DNA of 62,472 nt, taken from positions 1 through 62,472 of the forward strand of contig JBFMCN010000092.1 of the NCBI GenBank assembly GCA_040754475.1, read 5' to 3'. This document shows, in pieces, positions 57,266-62,472 of this stretch. The notes under the pieces were generated by a model. It was not told the origin of the DNA. It did no database searches and worked only from the letters and a program-made list of their open reading frames with translations. Source of the DNA: Actinomycetota bacterium. Lineage in GTDB: Bacteria > Actinomycetota > UBA4738 > HRBIN12. Position 1 is the stretch's first letter; each line of letters opens with the position of its first letter. Both the position numbers and the translations under genes were made by a program.

Positions 57266-57952
57266 CTAGGGCTTGAGAGTCGCGCGCTCTCGCAGGAAGA
57301 CGCCCCAGTACAGGACCGAGGCGATCACCGCTCCCACCGTGGGCCCAACCCAGTAGATCCACCAGTTCGCCCACGTCCCCGAGACGAGTCCGGGTCCGAA
57401 TGCGCGCGCCGGGTTCACGCTCGCGCCGGTGAGCGGCCCGGCAACCAGGACGGCGAAGGCGAGCACGAGGCCGACGGCGGGACCGAACGCGTTCGGGGGA
57501 GCCCGGTCGTCCACAGCCGTCCCGAACACAGCGAACACCAGGAAGAAGGTTAGAGCGGCCTCGATGACGATGCCCTTGCCGGCTCCAACGCGCGGTGCCA
57601 GAAGCGGGGTGCCGAGCCTGGCCGCTCTCCAGACGACCTCGGGAACGACCAGACGCAGGAGTAGGGCTCCGAGGGCCCCGCCCACGAGCTGCGCCGCCCC
57701 GTACGCCACTGCCCTTAACGTCCCGATCCGGCCGGCAACCCAGAGGCCGACGGTTACGGCGGGGTTCAGGTGACCTCCCGAGGTGCGGGCGGTGACCGAG
57801 GCCATCACGGCGACGACCGAGCCGTACGCGAGGGCCTCGCCCACCAGACCGCTGCCCGATTGTCCGGCGACGATCAGGGAGCCCGCGGCGACGAAGACGA
57901 GCGCGAAGGTGCCGACGAGCTCGGCGACTGCGGCCTTCCAGGTTGCTTCCAC
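57266..57952 (-). CDS. MIP-family channel (aquaporin/glycerol facilitator)
   Basis: Two NPA boxes (HLNPAVTVG, SVNPARAFG). GTG 57952 preceded by GGAGGAG; the ORF-track start at 58021 is less likely. Confidence 0.85.
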   Translation of the reverse strand: MEATWKAAVAELVGTFALVFVAAGSLIVAGQSGSGLVGEALAYGSVVAVMASVTARTSGGHLNPAVTVGLWVAGRIGTLRAVAYGAAQLVGGALGALLLRLVVPEVVWRAARLGTPLLAPRVGAGKGIVIEAALTFFLVFAVFGTAVDDRAPPNAFGPAVGLVLAFAVLVAGPLTGASVNPARAFGPGLVSGTWANWWIYWVGPTVGAVIASVLYWGVFLRERATLKP

Positions 57953-58131
57953 CGCTCCTCCGTCCGTCGCGACGGACCCTATTCGATGCGCCCTGTTGCC
58001 GCACGTGGGGCCGAACCCCACGGGTAGAATGCCGAACGTCCAGGTGGCCGGGCGGACGCTTGGCCGGGGAGGTCGGTCGGCCCGTTTGGTTTGCCGACTG
58101 GTTGCCAGCTCGTGGCCTCGAAGGAGCGTAT

Positions 58132-58413
58132 GTGAAGATCAAGGGGACGTGCCGACGCTGCGACCGGGGCTTCCTGGTTGAGCAGGTGGTGGAGAACGGC
58201 GGGAAGTGCCCCTGGGACGGAATGCCGTTCCAGGCCGACTACGCCGTAGTGTTGGTCGATGCGCTGCGGCGCGCGGAGGCGGCGGGCAACGCTCTCGAGA
58301 ACGCCCTGCAGACGGTGGCTGACGTCCGGCCCGACTTCTCGCTGGAGACCGATTCGGTCCTTCGCGAGTCGAGGGAGCACCTCGAACGGCTGGAGCAGAG
58401 TAACGACGCCTGA
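58132..58413 (+). CDS. Hypothetical small protein (93 aa), N-terminal Cys-rich (CxxC...C) segment plus helical tail
   Basis: GTG 58132 preceded by GAAGGAG. Sequence KGTCRRCDRGF...GGKCPWDG. No family recognised. Confidence 0.45.
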   Translation: MKIKGTCRRCDRGFLVEQVVENGGKCPWDGMPFQADYAVVLVDALRRAEAAGNALENALQTVADVRPDFSLETDSVLRESREHLERLEQSNDA

Positions 58414-58420
58414 ACCGACG

Positions 58421-58636
58421 GTGGCAGGGGAGAACGCCTACCGGGTTGACGTCCGTCGGGACGAGGACGGCTGGACGGTGGCCATCGTCGATGGGGCGGG
58501 TCGGGACGCGGCGGTGCACTCCTGTCGCAGTGAGACCGAGGCGTGGGTGTATGCGTCCACGGTCCGACAGCACGTCTACTGGCTCTCGGAGGAGAAGTTC
58601 CGGGAGTACTACCAGCTGCCCGATCCTGACGGCTGA
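58421..58636 (+). CDS. Hypothetical small protein (71 aa)
   Basis: GTG 58421, 7 nt after the preceding stop. Coding-like GC3. No family recognised. Confidence 0.4.
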   Translation: MAGENAYRVDVRRDEDGWTVAIVDGAGRDAAVHSCRSETEAWVYASTVRQHVYWLSEEKFREYYQLPDPDG

Positions 58637-58654
58637 GGGCGGTGATCCGGGAGC

Positions 58655-59026
58655 GTGGGCGACCCCGATCTCGCCGTACTCGACTACTGCTACTTGACGA
58701 CGACGGGTCGGAGCTCGGGTCGACCTCACACGATCGAGATCTGGTTCGCACTCCACCGGGATCGGGTCTACCTGCTGGCGGGCGAAGGAGAAGGGAGCGA
58801 CTGGGTCAGGAACCTCCAGGCCCATCCGACTGTCGGGCTACGGCTCGGCGACCGCGACATGCTTGCGCGGGCATACGTGGTGGCGGACCCCGAGGAAGAT
58901 GCTCTGGCGCGTCGCCTGCTCCTCGAGAAGTACGCCGTCAGGTACGGCGGCGACCTGGAGGAGTGGGGTGGGTCGTCACTGCCCATCGGGATCGAGCTGC
59001 CCCCGACCCCGGAAGTCTCGGAGTAG
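58655..59026 (+). CDS. Deazaflavin (F420)-dependent nitroreductase family protein (DUF385/Ddn-like)
   Basis: 123 aa. LTTTGRSSGRPHTIEIWF..., and GSDWVRNLQAHPTV, typical of the family. Confidence 0.75.
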   Translation: MGDPDLAVLDYCYLTTTGRSSGRPHTIEIWFALHRDRVYLLAGEGEGSDWVRNLQAHPTVGLRLGDRDMLARAYVVADPEEDALARRLLLEKYAVRYGGDLEEWGGSSLPIGIELPPTPEVSE

Positions 59027-59049
59027 CTGCCCGGCCGGCAGAGACTCCG

Positions 59050-59337
59050 CTATTCCTCGTCGAACCCGATGGCGAACAGGCGCTCCAGATCGTGTCTCGA
59101 GTAGACCTGGAACGCGATGAGCGTCTCCGTACGCACGACCCCGTCGACCTTCGCGATACCGCCGGGAATGACCTCCGCGAGGTCCTCGTGGTTCAGGACG
59201 CGCACGATCGCGACAAGGTCGAACTCTCCGGCGACTGAGTAGACCTCGGACACGCCCTCGATCTCGGCGATGGCCTGGGCCGCCTCGGGAATCTCGTCGA
59301 TCTCGCAAGCGATGAGGACAACCGCATGAACCGTCAT
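59050..59337 (-). CDS. Stand-alone Lrp/AsnC ligand-binding (RAM) domain protein
   Basis: 95 aa from MTVHAVVLI (ATG 59337; ATGA overlap with the thiolase stop). EIEGVSEVYSVAGEFDLVAIV pattern. No HTH domain. Confidence 0.75.
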   Translation of the reverse strand: MTVHAVVLIACEIDEIPEAAQAIAEIEGVSEVYSVAGEFDLVAIVRVLNHEDLAEVIPGGIAKVDGVVRTETLIAFQVYSRHDLERLFAIGFDEE

Positions 59338-60509
59338 GACCGCTCCAGGATGATAGCCAGGCCCTGCCCGCCCGAGATGCATATCGTAGCGAGGCCGAGC
59401 GAGAGGCCCTCATGTCGCATCTGGTAGGCGAGGGTGAGAACGATCCGAGCACCGCTCGCGCCGACCGGGTGACCGAGGGCGATGGCCCCGCCGTACCGGT
59501 TCACCCTGTCCCGGTCGAGTTCCAGCTCTTGCTCGCAAGCGATGAACTGGGCCGCGAACGCCTCGTTGAGCTCGATGAGGTCCAAGTCGGCGAGCGACAG
59601 GCCGGTCTTCTCGAGGATCTTCCTCGTGGCCGGCACCGGGCCGATACCCATGATCGCCGGATCGACGCCGGCCCAGGACATGCTCATGATGCGGCCCAGT
59701 GGCTCGCGACCCTCGGACTTCGCGCGGGACTCCGACATCAACACCATGGCGGCCGCGCCGTCGGTGATCCCCGATGCGTTGCCGGCCGTGACGCTTCCGT
59801 CCTTTCGGAACACGGGCGGGAGCTTCGCCAGCTTCTCCATGGTCGTATCCGGGCGTGGGTGCTCGTCCTCGGTGACGGTGAGCGTCGTCCCCTTCGGGCC
59901 CGGAGTGTCCACCGGGAACATCTCGGCTGTGCGCGCGGCCTTGCCGGCCTCGGCCTTCTGCTGTGACTCGAGCGCGAACTCGTCCTGCTCCTGGCGGGAG
60001 ATGTCGTACAGGTCGACGAGGTTCTCCGCCGTCTCACCCATGATCAGACCGCAGAGCGGGTCGAGCAGACCGTCCCGGTACATGGCGTCGTACACCGTCG
60101 CGTCGCCCAGCCGGTAGCCGGTCCGCATGCGATCGAGCAGGAAGGGCACGCGGGTCATACTCTCCATGCCGCCCACGAGAACCACCTCCGACTCGCCGAG
60201 CATGATCTGCTGGGCACCGAGCTGGATCGCCTTCATGCCCGAGCCGCAGGCGATGTTGACGTTGTACGCGGAGATCTCGTTCGGCACGCCCGAGCGGACG
60301 GAGACCTGGCGTCCGGTGTTCGGGCCGTTCCCGGCCTGGCGGGCGTGTCCGAAGATCGTCTGGTCGATCTGATCGGGCTGGACGTTCGACCGCCGCATTG
60401 CCTCCTTTGCCGCGAGGGTGCCGAGCTCAACGGTCGTGACTTCGGAGAGGCCTCCCAGGAACTTGCCGATCGGAGTGCGGGCACCTTCGAGTATGACCGC
60501 GGTATCCAT
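59334..60509 (-). CDS. Acetyl-CoA C-acetyltransferase (thiolase II)
   Basis: 391 aa from MDTAVILEGARTPIGKF. Active-site blocks NIACGSGMKA, GHPVGASGAR and CISGGQG. Confidence 0.93.
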   Translation of the reverse strand: MDTAVILEGARTPIGKFLGGLSEVTTVELGTLAAKEAMRRSNVQPDQIDQTIFGHARQAGNGPNTGRQVSVRSGVPNEISAYNVNIACGSGMKAIQLGAQQIMLGESEVVLVGGMESMTRVPFLLDRMRTGYRLGDATVYDAMYRDGLLDPLCGLIMGETAENLVDLYDISRQEQDEFALESQQKAEAGKAARTAEMFPVDTPGPKGTTLTVTEDEHPRPDTTMEKLAKLPPVFRKDGSVTAGNASGITDGAAAMVLMSESRAKSEGREPLGRIMSMSWAGVDPAIMGIGPVPATRKILEKTGLSLADLDLIELNEAFAAQFIACEQELELDRDRVNRYGGAIALGHPVGASGARIVLTLAYQMRHEGLSLGLATICISGGQGLAIILERS

Positions 60510-60588
60510 GGCGGACAGTCTAGCCGCGAGCGGCGCGAGACCCAGCGCCGGAGGCTCGATCGACGGACAGTCGGGGTAGAGTGGGCCG

Positions 60589-61452
60589 GTGCGGTACGGG
60601 ATCAGCGTCCCGAACATGGGCGACCTCGACCTCCTGGTTCGGATGGGGGAAGAGGCAGACCGTGCGGGATGGGACGGCTTCTTCCTCTGGGATCACATGC
60701 GGATGATGCGGGAGATCCCAGTGCCGCTGTTCGATCCATGGGTGGCGCTGGGCGCGATCGCAGCAAGAACCGAACGTGTGCGGATCGGCACCATGATCAC
60801 GCCGCTCGCCAGGCGGCGCCCGTGGAAGCTCGCGCGCGAGACCGTCACACTCGACCATCTGTCGAAGGGGCGGCTGATCCTCGGCGTGGGGCTCGGGTAT
60901 CCGACGGATGCCGACTTCGAGCTCCTCGGCGAGGACTCCGACGACCGGGTCCGGGCCGACAAGCTGGACGAAGGGCTGCAGCTGCTCGTCGGGTTCTGGA
61001 ATGGGGAGCCGTTCGAGTTCCACGGAAGGCACTTTCACGTGCGCGAGGCGCAGTTCCTCCCGACGCCCGTTCAGCGGCCCCGGATCCCGATCTGGGTCGG
61101 CGGGATGTGGCCGAACCGGGGTCCGTTCCGCCGGGCGGCCGCTTGGGACGGCGTGTTCCCGATCGGAGTCGACGAACGGGGGGAACCGACCGGACTGGCA
61201 CCTGAGGGGGTTGCCGAGGTCGCGGCGTACGTCCGTGCCCGCCGGCGGACGCACGAGCCGTTCGAGATCGCGGCGGGTGCGGTCGGCCTCGACGCCGACC
61301 AGATCGCGGCGTACGAGGCGGCCGGAGCGACGTGGTTCTTCCCGGATGCCGGTGTCGAGGGCCCTGGCTGGGAGGAGCCGACGCTCGAGCTGATCCGCCG
61401 GGGGCCGCCCGGTTGCGTCAGTCCCGGGGGTACAGCGCCTCCTCGACCATGA
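60589..61452 (+). CDS. Luciferase-like monooxygenase (LLM) class flavin/F420-dependent oxidoreductase
   Basis: 287 aa. MRYGISVPN...AGWDGFFLWDH and TIM-barrel LLM pattern. The 3' end overlaps gmhA by 35 nt, so the true stop context needs checking. Confidence 0.78.
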   Translation: MRYGISVPNMGDLDLLVRMGEEADRAGWDGFFLWDHMRMMREIPVPLFDPWVALGAIAARTERVRIGTMITPLARRRPWKLARETVTLDHLSKGRLILGVGLGYPTDADFELLGEDSDDRVRADKLDEGLQLLVGFWNGEPFEFHGRHFHVREAQFLPTPVQRPRIPIWVGGMWPNRGPFRRAAAWDGVFPIGVDERGEPTGLAPEGVAEVAAYVRARRRTHEPFEIAAGAVGLDADQIAAYEAAGATWFFPDAGVEGPGWEEPTLELIRRGPPGCVSPGGTAPPRP

Positions 61453-62002
61453 GCGCGAGGAGCTGCCCGACCGCGATGTGGCACTCCTGGATGTGCGACG
61501 TCACCGAGCTGGGGATCTTTATCGCGACGTCGGCCATGGCGGCGAGCACACCGCCCGACTCGCCGGTGAGCGCGATCGTCCGGACTTTCTGAGCGGCGGC
61601 CTGCTCGAAGGCTCGCACGACATCGGTCGAGTTCCCGCTCGTGGAGATGCCGATCAGGACGTCGCCGCTGTGGCCGAGCGCCTCCACCTGGCGGGCAAAG
61701 ACGCCCTCGAATCCGAAATCGTTGGCGATGGCCGTGAGGATCGAGGTGTCGGTCGTGAGTGCGATCGCCGGGATCGCCGGACGTCGATTGTCCAGGGTCA
61801 GGGTGCTGACGAACTCGGCCGCGAGATGCTGGCTGTCGGCAGCGCTTCCGCCGTTGCCGCAGAGGAGGATCTTGCGGCCGCCGAGCAGGGCGTCCTCCAG
61901 GAGCTCGGCGGCGGCGACGATATCTGCGGCGCACGCATCGGCAGCGCGCCTGGCCGCCTCCGACGTCTCGAGGAGGTAGGCGCGCGCCCTCTCGGCGTTC
62001 AT
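61418..62002 (-). CDS. gmhA: D-sedoheptulose-7-phosphate isomerase (SIS domain)
   Basis: 194 aa. LCGNGGSAADSQHLAAEF and ISTSGNS motifs. Confidence 0.85.
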   Translation of the reverse strand: MNAERARAYLLETSEAARRAADACAADIVAAAELLEDALLGGRKILLCGNGGSAADSQHLAAEFVSTLTLDNRRPAIPAIALTTDTSILTAIANDFGFEGVFARQVEALGHSGDVLIGISTSGNSTDVVRAFEQAAAQKVRTIALTGESGGVLAAMADVAIKIPSSVTSHIQECHIAVGQLLALMVEEALYPRD

Positions 62003-62472
62003 CGAACAGCTCCGGCCATGACGATCTCGCGGATGATGCCCGCCCCTTCATGCAGATCCGCGACTATGTGGTCGGCGAAGGCGTCGGCGCCTCTCTCGAG
62101 CTCTTCCCGCCCGTGCCCGGTCCGGAGCAGTATCGACCTCGCCCCGATCCGCCTTCCCATCTCCACGTCTCTCATGTGATCGCCGACGACGAAGGCTTCC
62201 GCCGGGTCGAAGCCGTGGGCTTCGGAAGCACGAAGAGCCAGTCCCGGCTTGGGCTTGCGGCAATCGCAACCGTCCTCGGGCCGGTGGGGGCATACGTAGA
62301 TGCCGTCGAGCTCGACTCCGCCGTCGCGCAGCATCGCGCGAAGGCGATCGTGGATGGCCTCCAGCTGATCCTCGGTGATCCAGCCGCGGCCGACCGGCGA
62401 CTGGTTCGTGACGACCAGAAGTCCAAGGCCGAGCGACCTCAGCTCGCGCAGAGCCTCGATCGCGCCTGGTAT
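61999..62472 (-). CDS. gmhB: D,D-heptose 1,7-bisphosphate phosphatase (HAD-IIIA), 5'-truncated by the window edge
   Basis: The frame stays open to the window end (IPGAIEALRELRSLGLGLLVVTNQSPVGRG...). Also CPHRPEDGCDCRKPKPG and VGDHMRDVE. ATGA-type overlap with gmhA. Confidence 0.8.
   Translation of the reverse strand: MPGAIEALRELRSLGLGLLVVTNQSPVGRGWITEDQLEAIHDRLRAMLRDGGVELDGIYVCPHRPEDGCDCRKPKPGLALRASEAHGFDPAEAFVVGDHMRDVEMGRRIGARSILLRTGHGREELERGADAFADHIVADLHEGAGIIREIVMAGAVR

Overview
Densely coding, high-GC window (about 65-70% by eye) that looks like an Actinomycetota-type chromosome. Support for that placement: DUF164/RNase H/rnpB synteny, a suf operon containing a Rieske gene, F420-type enzymes, KorAB, and many ATGA/GTGA coupled genes. 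Most of the content is housekeeping.

Main content:
- RNA genes and riboswitch: two tRNAs (Met-CAU, Val-UAC), RNase P RNA, and a cobalamin riboswitch in front of a btuFCD-like importer.
- Core genes: Lhr helicase, cytochrome bd (cydAB), B12-dependent MetH, KorAB, thiolase, an aquaporin and gmhAB.
- Lipoate and 2-oxoacid dehydrogenase supercluster: lipA, two E1 alpha/beta pairs, E2, lpd and lipB. A csoR-copA-thioredoxin copper module interrupts it.
- A second, multi-domain copper P-type ATPase sits next to tRNA-Val.
- A sufT-like/sufB/sufD/Rieske/sufC/sufS/sufU operon.

Most notable accessory signals:
1. A roughly 1.45-kb lower-GC cassette is wedged between sufB and sufD. It carries an HNH-nuclease protein with an unassigned C-terminal domain plus a divergent RHH/PIN (vapBC-like) pair. 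It ends in an AT-rich 9-bp hairpin that contains a TAGGAT/AGGA motif just upstream of the sufD start.
2. A 49-nt imperfect direct repeat of the 3' two-thirds of tRNA-Met lies 1.5 kb downstream of the tRNA. It brackets a small gene remnant, which looks like an att scar with no integrase.
3. A BtuD-like ATPase under riboswitch control carries an extra ~144-aa C-terminal domain.
4. CsoR-type boxes lie in front of both copper ATPase operons.
5. A histidine kinase has an N-terminal pseudo-receiver in which Glu replaces the phospho-acceptor Asp.

No CRISPR array, IS element or integrase was seen. All homology calls come from motif recognition by eye. No searches were run.
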